Shown: positions 11,300 to 23,199 of the stretch, one piece after another | Layout: the number at the start of each line of letters is the position of its first letter | Position numbering within the stretch: the first letter of the stretch is position 1 | DNA from: Octopus sinensis | Lineage: Eukaryota | Assembly: GCF_006345805.1 (NCBI RefSeq) | Contig: NC_043016.1 | Span: 13,206,001-13,270,000 of the forward strand | Direction of reading: 5' to 3' | Length of the DNA: 64,000 nucleotides | Notes under the pieces: generated by a model | Databases searched by the model: none | Told to the model about the DNA's origin: nothing | Seen by the model: only the letters and a program-made list of their open reading frames with translations | Program-made: the position numbers and the translations under genes

Positions 11300-11462
11300 G
11301 ACGGGCTTCTTTCAGTTTCCGCCTACCAAATCCTCTCGCAAGGTTTCGGTCGGCCCGAGGCTATAGTAGAAGACACTTGCCCAAGGTGCCACGCAGCGAG
11401 ACTGAACCTGGAAACATGTGGTTGAGAAGCAAGCTTCTTACCATTCAGCCATGCCTGCGCCT
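11300..11462 (-). mobile_element. SINE family B 5' half
   Basis: ACGGGCTTCTTTCAGTTTCCG...CAGCCATGCCTGCGCC. Confidence 0.85.
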
Positions 11463-12049
11463 GTATAAATCAAACTACGAATTAAATGTAGCTCTAGTAA
11501 TGCAAACATTATCGGTCACAAATACAAAGTGTGTTTTGTTTATCCGCCAATTTTGGTGCGGGATAGCGCACCGGGAAAACTCCCTACACGACGCTGATTG
11601 TTAAGGAACCTTTGAATGTCACAGACAAGTCAAAACTATTCACCTCGGAATCACCCAGAATGCTAGATACTGATATTTCGCCTGATCCGAATAGACGGTA
11701 TTGATAATCCATAATAATGGTGAGATATCGATAACTACTATTCTCGTTGGTTTCGAATTGTCTCGCCTCGTCTGTGACAGTCAGTAGTTCTTTAACACTC
11801 GTCGTTGTGTAGATAGCTTTCCTGGGAAAGCTATCTACACAACGATAGCTTTCCCAGGAAAGCTCTCTCTCGCAGCAAATTTGGTGAATAAGCAAAACAC
11901 ATTCACTACGTATGTACGACCGATAATGCCTACAAAATAAAATTATTGTAGCTAATTTTCAAAACCGATCTATTGTTATTCGTATTCTGTCTTCAAATTT
12001 CTCCAGTAAAAGTGAAATATAATTTATGATCCCTGTATGCTGGGTTAGC

Positions 12050-12560
12050 GATTCTTGAGATGGAACTATTCTTTAAGTGTACATTCTAGGGGTGATTATT
12101 GTTTAGGTAAAACCAAAATTCAACTAAATTATCACCGAACCATGATTCTCCAAACATTGACTGTGATATCATTTCTACAACGGTCGCGCATTTCAGTTCA
12201 GATCACAATTATCAAATACCGAAGTCCAACATTTACATCGAAAGGTTTCGACACCATTTATCCTAACGCAAATATCTTAGCATTCGTATAGACTTTAAGG
12301 CAAACGCAAGTTGTTCATGACTCTCAAACTCCTGCAAAACCCTCTGCAACACGTGGTCATACGTTTATTCGCGGTCTAAAGCAAGCGTACAGCTCTTCAC
12401 TCTATTTCAAAGATTTCTCGAAAACCTGCCGTAGAGTGAACGTCTGGTCGGTCGTGATGCATCCAGGACAGAAGCCACACTGTTCCTTAGCTAACTTGGG
12501 CAAGACAATTCCTCTCCATCTTTTTCCAGACACCAGGACAATCATCAAGGAGATTTTTTA
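12050..12560 (-). pseudogene. Degenerate RTE-clade reverse transcriptase, motifs 2-5
   Basis: Minus translation GFCPGCITTDQTFTLRQVFEKS...SKPFDVNVGLR matches the RTE pattern GFRPGRSTTDQIFTLRQ...FxVxVGLRQG. Confidence 0.7.
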
Positions 12561-12621
12561 TAATTAGAACACTCGCTCTTGTCTCCCTTTTTAAAATTAG
12601 GATTATCACTTCAGATTACCA

Positions 12622-12862
12622 TTTCTTATTTCTTTATTGCTCACAAGGGGCTAAACACAGAAGGAACAAACAAGAACAGATAAACGGATTAAGTCGATTA
12701 CATTGACCCCAGTGCATAACTGGTACTTAATTTATCGATCCCGAAAGGATGACAGGCAAAGTCGACCTCGGCAGAATTTGAACTCAGAACGTAACAGCAG
12801 ACGAAATACCGCTAAGCATTTCCCCCGACATGCTAACGTTTCTGCCAGCTCGCCGCCTTCTT
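12622..12862 (-). mobile_element. SINE family A, full length
   Basis: From TTTCTTATTTCTTTATT tail to GCCAGCTCGCCGCC head. Confidence 0.92.
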
Positions 12863-12879
12863 TGGAGTTTTTCCACTTC

Positions 12880-13420
12880 TTTGGAGTCTTTCCAGAGGTC
12901 CGAGCCATCTGACATAGATGTATCAACCAGAGAATATCTTCTAAGGCTTTTAACATCTCAGGCCAAATTTAGGAATGATGGGAAACAGGAGACCGAATTA
13001 GATGCTAGAATTGCTGGTACTGGCAAAGTAACGCCCCAGCTCCAGCATTTGATCTTCAAATCGAGCGGAGAGGTTAGTAAAAAAAAGCCGAACTCGCTAC
13101 TTTCAGTTCGGTTTTCCTGCCCTTTCTCATCTACGGTCCTGAATGTTGGGTAAGGGCCGAAAGAGTACAATCATGAATACAAGCGACTGAAATGGAATTC
13201 CTCTGAAGGATCCCTGGAGTGATGTTAATCGAACATGTGATTAGAATGTTGTAGAAAAGAATTGGAAAGTGGATTCTTCAAGCCAAGCCAGCCAGCCAGA
13301 GATTTAGGGGTATACCACAAATGAGATGGCTGAATAATTTTCATAGATTTCAGTTGGTTACGCTTTCGGAAATCCAGTCGGAAAGTGTAATGATTATTGC
13401 TACTGCTAGGGCCCTATGGA
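12880..13420 (+). pseudogene. Degenerate RTE-clade RT C-terminal region
   Basis: NDGKQETELDARI...FSSVFLPFLIYGPECWV...IQATEMEFL...PQMRW matches the RTE thumb pattern LTYGxExW, EMxFLR, RGRPxxRW. Confidence 0.7.
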
Positions 13421-14601
13421 AGAAGATTCTATTCCCACGACCCTTCCGGAAATTGTGGATGGAGAACATGAACGGGTGGAATGATGGATAGTGCTGACGA
13501 TATTCTGCAAATGAAATTTATTTCAAAATTTCGATTTATTCATTTATTTTCCATTTTACCCTTTCTTCGTTCGGGAGCACCTAACCAGCTGTAGCATTTT
13601 CAATTTTGAATATTTCTCTTAAAATATTTTTTCGTTGTTCTGAATTTAGCATTAAAGATTATGACTTTAAAAAAAGACTTTAAAAGAGAGTAGGTGTTAT
13701 TCATGGTCAGGAATTAGGTGTTTATATTCTAGGATTAGGTTTTAATGTTCAGATTTAGAGTTTAAGGATCTGGAATTTCTGGTTCGAGTTGGGAGAAACA
13801 AGATTCAAAGCATTCAATTTCCGCGTTTCCTCCTCTTTTTTCTTTTTTCTCAGAATCGCAATTTGTTATTTAAAACGGAAATCCAAAAACAAACATAGAA
13901 AAATGTTTGTGAGTTACCAACTCTACCTGTTGTTTGTCAACAAGCTTTACCAGTATATATATATATATATAATATATATATATACTCACACACATATAGA
14001 CGTACTAGCAGCTAAGTCCGGTTTGACCCGGTCGATTTGGATGATGTGGCTGTAAAACCTGCTCTGTGTAAACATTTGACTCGTTTGGACACGCTTATAT
14101 TAAAAAATTATTTTAGAATGACATTTTTCTGTCAAAACGCTAAAAATAACTGACCAACAGCAAAAAAAACAAAACAAGATTCAACCTAATCAAAAAATAA
14201 ACCCAAATACTAAGCGAACACACACATTCACTTGCCCCACTTTTACATACACGTATATTCACACAGAGTTGAAATGCTGTTTGATTTATTTTTTCAGCGT
14301 ACAATTTTCATCATCCCACTACCAAGTATGACATCACCCCTTCCTTCCTTTTCCATCTATCGCCCCCTTCCTTTCTCATTCATAAACACAAGACTTTATT
14401 ATAGTAGATTACCTCGGTAACAATGGGGGCTATGAAAAAATACAAAGCCCAGCTTTACCGCCGGATCATTCTACACATCTGAGTAAATTTTTCGCGCATT
14501 TCCACCCAGCCGTTAGATCGTGAATCCTAAGACAAGAAAGAATCGCCCATGTCAAATTTATATGTACAGATTATGTTGCAATATTAATATGAATTCTTCC
14601 T

Positions 14602-14845
14602 GCTCACCAGATCCTCCAGCTGGTGGACAACAAAAACCAAATCTGCTAATACATTGGAGAAGAAGGTTAACTCTATAGAAATGAAGTAAAACTTTCTGTC
14701 CTGGAATCTCGATTGGTCGAATGAAATGGAAAAGAACCATAAATATCCAAACTTTCGATGCTGACGTCAATAACTGCATGATCGATTTTGAGTTGCAATG
14801 CTGCAGTGTAGAGAAATTCGATTGGTCAGTAAGTTGATACGTCAT
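14602..14845 (-). promoter_or_regulatory. Candidate Pol II promoter and non-coding first exon
   Basis: CCAAT on the minus strand at 14712-14716 and 14821-14825; perfect CRE TGACGTCA at 14762-14769; CRE-like site at 14838-14844; donor CTG/GTGAGC at 14608/14607; unique, CpG-retaining DNA. Confidence 0.4.
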
Positions 14846-15174
14846 CAAAACAGCTGTCGAATTACAAGTGAGAAGAGTGTGGGAAGAGGAAATCAATAAT
14901 AACCACGTGTTTATTATCATTTCATGGTTATGTTTACTGATATGTTGCTATATTTAGGAACTTACGGACTTCATCTTACTACCTTACGTCTGTCATGCTT
15001 CTATATATAGAAAAACACGTATATTAACTCTTGGAAACGAATTGAATGTTAGCGATGGAGTCGAAAAATATTCTTCGATTTCTAACTTGGAGATATGGAA
15101 AGGCAAAACAAGAGTTCGCGGTTTCGAAATTTATACTTGAAATTCACCACTTTCAAACAATTCGATATTTTACA

Positions 15175-15540
15175 TACTCTTTTACTTGTTTCAGTCATGT
15201 GACTGCGGCCAAGCTGGAGCACCGCCTTTAGTCGACCAAATCGACCCCAGGACTTATTCTTTGTAAGAATAGTACTTATTCTATCGGTCACTTTTGCCGA
15301 ACCGCTATGTGACGGGGACGTAAACACACCAGCGATGTTGGGGGGCAAACACAGACACACAAACACACACACACATACATATATACGACGGGCTTCTTTC
15401 AGTTTCCGTCTAACAAATCCACTCACAAAGCTTTGGTCAGCCCGAGGCTATAGTAGAAGACACTTGCCCAAGGTGCCACACAGTGGGACTGAACCCAGAA
15501 CCATGTGGTTCGTAAGCAAGCTACTTACCACACAGCCACT
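15175..15540 (-). mobile_element. SINE family B
   Basis: Reverse complement of the 7808 and 54778 copies. Confidence 0.9.
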
Positions 15541-15686
15541 CGTACATTAAGTTTTGTTTTCTGCTGTAAAATATTAAAACCCAATGAACTACTTGAGTTT
15601 CAGAGTTAGGGTAGGTGAAAGCGAACCAGCTTTTAAGTCTTAAAACGCACACGTACACACACATGGATTAATATATAGTGTAAGAC

Positions 15687-15813
15687 GTTCTGAGTTCAAA
15701 TTCCACTGAGGTGGACTTTGCATTTCATCCTTTCGGGGTCGATAAATTAAGTACCAGCTGCGTATTTCGGCCCCTCCCCAAAAAATTCGGGCCTTGTGTC
15801 TAGAGTAGAAAAG
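15687..15813 (+). mobile_element. 5'-truncated SINE family A (alternative tail A2) with 17-bp TSD
   Basis: AATATATAGTGTAAGAC at 15670-15686 and 15814-15830. Confidence 0.9.
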
Positions 15814-18204
15814 AATATATAGTGTAAGACCCGGTCACAAAAAAAAAACCCCCAAAAAACCCAACCTACTATGTGTAAAAAATGTGTAGAAAACGAATAT
15901 GAAAACAAAAATTTACGCAAAGGAACGGGCGTGGGGGAGAGGACTTTCGGAAAATTCACAAGATCCATTTTTTCCCATCATATCTTTCAGGAAAATGGAT
16001 ATCTTTTAATGAAATCTTACACAAAAACCTTTCAAACAGCAGAGACTACGATTTTTTGTTTTCATATTCGTTTTCTACACACCGGGTCCTAACCCTAACC
16101 TTAACCCACACATGTATATAGATAACAGGCCATGCTTAAATTACTACTATTGTTTCGGATTAACTTTCCTAATGAACACTAATACACACGCAATCTCACA
16201 AAAAAAAAAAATTCTCCTGCCAAACAATTATAAAAATTACAAAAAGTGGTTTGCACAGCCTTATGGCTAACAGCGGACACAGCGTTCGAGTCCAGCAGGC
16301 GATTCTTCTTCTTTTTTACAGTAATATTTTTTAAGTTCTTTGCCATGGGTAAAACTAAGCACTACAGAAGCGGGCAATCTTTCGGTATAAGTATATGACG
16401 TCATGAGTGTATGTGACATGTTACATCTGCTCGACGAAACTGAACTGTGAAACATATACTCACTTACGATTAACTCCATATACTAATACCGAAACATTGC
16501 TTACAAACGATACCAAACTCTTTCATGCGTGTTTCAAATTTTGGTAAGGAGAACGGGGTTGGTTAATTGAGACCATCGACCTCAGTACATGACTGGTATT
16601 ATTATTTTATCATCTCGCGAAAGAATGAAAATTATATTATCAAAAATATGTTCTTAAATTCCAAACTTCTTTCTTCATAGGATCCATAAGAAGCTAATAC
16701 AGTGCCACTATTTCCATCATACAGTCTTCGGGAGATTAGAAAAAAAGAAAGAAAAAAAGCCTGTTCTTTAGTCTTTAGTGTATAAGTTGGCGAAGACATG
16801 GACTATTTAAAATGTTGTTAAAAATTGTAGCAAATAATTTTTATTCAAATAATTCTTTCAAATTTAGGTAGAGGGCTAGTCGATTCCATTGACCCCAGTG
16901 CTCAGCTGGTACCTATTTCAAGATGAAAGTTTGATGTCGGCGGAATTTGAACAAAGAACGTAGAGTTGGAAGTAACGCTGCTAAGCAATTTGTCCAACTG
17001 AATTTTACACGAATTTTATTTTTACGACATTAAACTGGGAGATAACCTTATGACGTAAGTAGGCAAGCAACATTAGCAAGAAATCACAAGCCCTGTGGTT
17101 CGGCCTAAGGTATCTAAAAGGTACATTGCACACCTGCTCAGGAAACTCACAGGAACAAGGGCCAAATTCTGATCTATGTATGCTGTGACATGCTGTCACT
17201 AAATACTATAGGGTCCGGTACATTGATTTATTTCGGGTTGGGGCTATAGCGATTTTAAGACAAACCTGTACCTAATATGTAGTCGTTTGCACATGTTTGA
17301 GAAGACATTCCCTATGTCGTCTATACGTAATATAGTATTCAATAATGATTATAATTAATGAAAGGATTTTCATGAGAAATAGTATGATTATTTGTTGTGT
17401 TAATGAATGTTATTTTCATTCACTAATGAAGAATGTAAATTAAAAAATATTAATTAACTGTTGTCAAAAACGAATATATGAAATAACGAATGAATCTACC
17501 GGCGTACGGATTGTATTCAACAATAAAAGTATTTTATTTTTAATTTTGGCGATGAAATAGTAATAACCCTTGAGAGAATATTTTGCTACTTAAAGACTTA
17601 GCATTGTTTTACAACCGGCGTAGGTGTGTTTATGCCCCTCTAACTTAGCGGTTCGGCAGGCTTAGCAGAGAATTAAGTGCTGGGATCGATTCATTCGACT
17701 AAAAATTCCTCAAGGTGGTGCTGAAACAAGTAAAAGAATAAAGGATAATTAAAAACGTAAGAAAAATGTTTTTTATTATTTTTTAATAGGACCAAAACAA
17801 GAAATAATGCAGGTCCGTGGTTAACCGACACTACAGGACGGAGTAGTAAGCTGGCAACATCATTTTTTCTACAAGGATTTCCTGAAGAAAGGTTTCTAGC
17901 CCTGAAATATTGAAACACAAGGTAAAACTACTAACCGTCGACCTCTGTTTAGCTTTATAAAAAAAATAATTTAAAATCATTCATGTGTATCAGACAATGC
18001 TTCATAAAAAGTATAGAACTCTAATACAAGAGGGGAAAAGTATTCTATAACGAATTTGATGGAATAGACAGTAAATGGAATATATGCGGCAACTCAACCA
18101 AAAGTTAGAGACTTTTATTATTCTTTGAACACGAACATTAAATTTACTTTAAAATATTGTTTATTATGATTGAAAACTGAAATAGTTGTAGGAAAGAAGT
18201 AATG

Positions 18205-18289
18205 GGCAAGTGTCTTCTGCTATAGCCTCGGGCCGACAAAAGCCTTGTGAGTGGATTTGGTAGACGGAAACTGAAAGAAGCCCGTCGTA

Positions 18290-18334
<45 letters not shown>

Positions 18335-18528
18335 TGTGTGTTTGTGTGTCTGTGTTTGTCCAACTGATGCTGGTGTGTTTATGTCCCCGTTACTTAGCGG
18401 TTCGGCAAAAGAGACCGATAGAATAAGTACTGGGCTTACAAAAAGAATAAGTCCCGGGGTCGAGTTGCTCAATTAAAGGCGGTGCTCCAGCATGGCCGCA
18501 GTCAAATGACTGAAACAAGTAAAAGAGT
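18205..18528 (+). mobile_element. SINE family B, 5'-truncated
   Basis: GGGCAAGTGTCTTCTGCTATAGCC...GACTGAAACAAGTAAAAGAG. Confidence 0.9.
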
Positions 18529-18544
18529 AATGCAAAAAAGATAA

Positions 18545-18730
18545 AGCTTCTCCTTCCGCTGCTGCTGCTGCTGTTCTGGCGCTGTTCTGCTACTGTAGTA
18601 TAAAGAGTAGCAGCAGCAGCAGCAGCCAAAGCTGATTCAACTCTGCTTCTGATGTGGCTGCTACTGCAATACCACCACCACCACCAGCATCAGCAGCATC
18701 AGCCACATCAGCAGCCACATCAGTTGTGGA
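18545..18730. repeat. Imperfect GC-rich trinucleotide tract (CTG/CAG/CCA/CAGCCACAT)
   Basis: Read directly; all six frames contain stops. Confidence 0.8.
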
Positions 18731-19809
18731 GCAGTAGAGTTGTTAGAGCCGGCATGCTTAGAAGATGACGCAATCTTTTAAGTATGTTTGACATGAGTGG
18801 TGGTGGGTCATTTTTGTCGGATAATCGATAGTTTTGATGACGAAAACATCCACGTGAATGCAATATAATAGAGCATCTTGTTGTACATCCTACTTCGTTC
18901 GCTACCCTCACATCACGAATGCTGCAGCAGCAGTTGAAAAGGAATATCTTTGTTGTAAACTAATGTGAAGAGTTAAAGTCTACATCCCTTGACGAACACA
19001 GCGAAGAAATATTCTCTAAAGAAATCCAACTTAAATAACCGAAATACACAGTAAAACTTGTCGAAATAAACTTTGTCGTTCTTGCTTGTGATAAATGTAA
19101 CTAAAATATTGTTAGAATATTGGAAATTTATGTATTAAAATTAACCGATACGACTTTTGATATTTAATCGGGCGAGGTCAGACAGGTTCCCCCCTCTTCA
19201 ATCTATAAAAAGGGAAACGGTCAGACGCATTGGAGCAACAAATAGTACACCGTGTCCTATATGCGAAATAGATCTTGCGCAAGACCAGTTACCATATTCT
19301 TGCTGAAATACAATCTTTATTATATTTTATTTTTAAAATACTAAAGAATTCGTTAAAATAAATTGTCATTATTTAAACGAAGTCTAAAACGAATTGAATG
19401 GAATTTTGATGGTTTTGGTCTAACCTTTTGAATCCGCGTGAACGGTGCAAAAGTTCGTTTGATTATAACCCCCATGGAAGACGCAAAAGCGGGCGACCAC
19501 ATGGTTTGGTTTTTACGGCTGGAAATTACGAAGTTTCTGCCAGTTAGCGATTCGTAAACAGAAAACCCATGTGACGCCTGCTTTTACTTTTTTCAAGGGT
19601 CAAACGAAATCGCACCCTCTAGGGGTTAAAATAGTTATAACAAGGAGTTCTTATCATAGAAACAGGAGCAGTTTCAGTGTATGTTGGTAACAAAATCATT
19701 AATCGAAGTCCATGTTAGGTGTAAATTATTTTGCAGCAGACTTCAGCATTCAGTTAGGGAATTCTCTTTTGAGGAACTTAACTAGTAACGATCAAAATAA
19801 CAGTGCATA

Positions 19810-20676
19810 ACATTATTCTTTTCTGCTCTAGGCCCGAAATATTGGGGGAGGGGGCTAATCGATTAGATCGATCCAGTGCACAACTGGTACTAAATTTATC
19901 GACTCCAAAATGATGAAAGGTAAAGTCGACTTCAGTGGAATTTGAACACAGAACGAAAAGACAGACAAAAAACTGCTAAGCATTTCACCCGGCATGCTCA
20001 CGTTTCTTATTTCTTTATTGTCCATAAGGGGCTAAACATTGAGGGGACAAACAAGGACAGACAAACGGATTAAGTCAATTATATCGACCCCAGTGCATAA
20101 CTGGTACTTATTTAATTGATCTCCAAAAGGATGAAAGGCAAAGTCGACCTCAGCGGAATTTGTACTCAGAACATAGCGGCAGATCAAATAGCGCTAAGCA
20201 TTTCGCTCGGCGTACTAACATTTCTTATTTCTATATGTCCACAAGGGGCTAAACATTGAGGGGACAAACAAGGACAGACAAACGGATTAAGTCAATTATA
20301 TCGACCCCAGTGCATAACTGGTACTTATTTAATTGATCTCCAAAAGGATGAAAGGCAAAGTCGACCTCAGCGGAATTTGTACTCAGAACATAGCGGCAGA
20401 TCAAATAGCGCTAAGCATTTCGCTCGGCGTACTAACATTTCTTATTTCTATATTGTCCACAAGGGGCTAAACATTGAGGGGACAAACAAGGACAGACAAA
20501 CGGATTAAGTCGATTATATCGACCCCAGTGCATAACTGGTACTTAATTTATTAATCCCGAAAAGATGAAAGGCAAAGTAAGCCTCGACGGAATTTGAACT
20601 CTGAACGTAATGGCAGACAAAATACTGCTACGCATTTCGCCCAGCGCGCTAACGTTTCTGCCAGCTCGCCGCCTTT
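19810..20676 (-). mobile_element. Head-to-tail array of four family-A SINEs
   Basis: Units start at ~19810, 20003, 20221 and 20438; the two middle units are near-identical. Confidence 0.9.
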
Positions 20677-20850
20677 GTGCAAAACATTATTGAATGTATA
20701 TTGCTACAGTCGTTGCTGAGGGAGAACTTAATAAATCGTAGACTACAACCTTCTTATTGTAATTGTAATGTGACAAATGTAAAGAAATGCCTTGATTTTG
20801 AGTTTCAAAATTTAAAATTGTCAGGTTCTGGTGCAGGCGTGATGGGCAGA

Positions 20851-20894
20851 GGTAAAGAATATATGTACCACCCATTTTCAGTGTCGCAAAAATT

Positions 20895-20935
<41 letters not shown>

Positions 20936-21050
20936 ACTCGAACCCTAATCCTAAACCCTACCCTAAACCCTAACCCTAACCCTAAACTCTAACTCTAAAC
21001 CTAGCTCCAAACACTAACCCTAAACACTGGGTGTACATATTCTTTACTTT
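20851..21050. mobile_element. Small inverted-repeat element enclosing a (CCCTAA)n tract
   Basis: Ends GTAAAGAATAT(AT)GTAC(C)ACCCA ... TGGGTGTACATATTCTTTAC; telomere-type repeat at 20896-21025. Confidence 0.65.
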
Positions 21051-21059
21051 CTTTACTTA

Positions 21060-21330
21060 TATACATCATCATCATCGTCGTCGTTTAACGCCTGTTTTCC
21101 ATGCGTTAGACAGTTTGACCGAGGGCTGGGGAGCCAGAAGGCTGCACCAGACTCCAATGTGATCTGGCAATGTTACAGCTGGATGCCCTTCCTAATGCCA
21201 ACCACTCCAAGAGTGTAGTGGATACTTTTTATGCGCCACCGGCACGAGGGCCATTCAGGCGGTACTGGCAACGTGTGCCAGTGGGATGTAAACATCCCAC
21301 CGGCATGGGACCAATCAGCTGGCACTGGCA
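21060..21330 (-). mobile_element. RTE 3'-end copy
   Basis: CATCATC...GTTTAACG...TTCCATG...GGATGCCCTTCCTAATGCCAACCACTCC matches the 3' end of the RTE at 23865-25300. Confidence 0.8.
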
Positions 21331-21889
21331 TCGACCATGCTCATACATACATATATACATACACACATGCATACATCCATACATGCATGCATACATATGC
21401 ATATATACACACATACATATATACATGCATACACACACACATACATATATATATACAAACATCCACACACACACACACACACATACATATATCAGTGGCA
21501 TAGCATGGTTTTTGGTCACCCTGTGCAGTGGCTAAATTGGTGGTCCCCTTTCTTAAACATAACATACCTTCAACTGCAGCAAACATGTGTGGGTATAAGA
21601 CATTTTGGTACAGCTCTTTTGGCATCACTGATTCAATGCTGACTTATTTGACATCAGACACTTTGATGTTTCTCTCATTCTCCCCTCCCACTTTTTCTCT
21701 CTCCTTCCTGCCCCCTCCTCTCACTGTTTATATAGGTGAGTATATTTCTCTTCAGGTTTCTGAGGAGAGGGAAAATGCTTATCTCAATTGTATACAATTA
21801 ATAGATTGCAATCTCTCTCTCCTTCTCTCCCTCCCACTCTTTCATTCTGTCTCTCAATCTGTATGAGGGTATTTCTGTGTACATTCATA

Positions 21890-22054
21890 GGCATAGGAGT
21901 GGCTGTGTGGTAAGTAGCTTGCTAACGAACCACATGGTTCTGGGTTCAGTCCCACTGCATGGCACCTTGGGCAAGTGTCTTCTACTATTGCCGCGGGCCA
22001 ACCAAAGCCTTGTGAATGGATTTGGTAGACGGAAACTGAAAGAAACCCGTCGTA

Positions 22055-22105
<51 letters not shown>

Positions 22106-22325
22106 GTGTGTATGTAGATGTTTGTGTGTCTGTGTTTGTCCCCAACATTACTTGACAACCGATGCTGGTGTGTTTACGGTCCCCATATCTTAGTGGTTCG
22201 GCAAAAGAGACTGATAGAATAAGTACTAGGCTTACAAAGAATAAGTCCTGGGGTTGATTTGCTCAACTAAAGGCGGTGCTCCAGCATGGCCACAGTCAAA
22301 TGACTGAAACAAGTAAAAGAGTAAT
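21890..22325 (+). mobile_element. SINE family B, full length
   Basis: Head, internal (TA)n and TAAAAGAG tail all present. Confidence 0.9.
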
Positions 22326-22757
22326 GCACATATGTGTGTGTTTGAAGCCCATTGCCAGGTATAACAAGGTCCTGGTTCCATGAATGACACCTTGGGAATT
22401 TGCTGGTTCTGAGCCCTTTTAAAGGGAGGAAGTTAGTTGATTACATAGGTTCAGTACTTGACTGGCACTTTATTTTATCAACCCTGAGAGATAAATAACA
22501 TAGCTAACTTCAACAGGATTCGAACACAAAATCTAAAGAGACATTACAAAATATCACTAGTTATTTAGCTAATAAAGAATTACTTCAAATTTTAGCACAT
22601 GGACAACAACCAACTCTTATTTTATTGAATCCAAAGGATGAAAGGCAAAGTCGATTTTGGTAAGTTTTGAACAAAGAATCTAAAGAGCTGCAAAGAATGT
22701 CACTAAACATTTTGTCTGACTCAGTAACAATTCTACCAGCTTGACAGTTTAATAATA

Positions 22758-22789
<32 letters not shown>

Positions 22790-22798
22790 TAATAATAA

Positions 22799-22851
<53 letters not shown>

Positions 22852-22876
22852 TAAAATAATAATAATAATAATAATA

Positions 22877-23190
22877 ATGTGTCGGTGGCACATAAAAAAC
22901 ACCATCCAAGCGTGGCCGTTTGCCAGCCTCGTCTGGCACCTGTGTCGGTGGCACATAAAAAACACCATCCGAGCGTGGCCGTTCGCCAGCCTCGTCTGGC
23001 ACCTGTGTCGGTGGCACATAAAATCACCCACTACACTCTCGGAGTGCTTGGCGTTAGGAAGGGCATCCAGCTGTAGAAACATTACCAGATCTGACTGGCC
23101 TGGTGCAGCCTTCGGGCTCCCCAGACCCCAGTCGAACCGTCCAACCCATGCTAGCATGGAAAGCGGACGTTAAACGATGATGATGATGAA
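22877..23190 (+). mobile_element. RTE 3'-UTR copy with ~63-bp tandem units
   Basis: GTGTCGGTGGCACATAAAA occurs three times; ends GGACGTTAAACGATGATGATGA. Confidence 0.85.
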
Positions 23191-23199
23191 TAATAATAA

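Noticed and set aside
20896-21025. True telomere or chromosome-fusion scar
   Set aside because: Short, degenerate, single orientation and enclosed by element-like inverted ends
22877-23040. CRISPR-like repeat array
   Set aside because: Whole ~63-bp units repeat with no unique spacers, they belong to the RTE 3' UTR, and the context is eukaryotic
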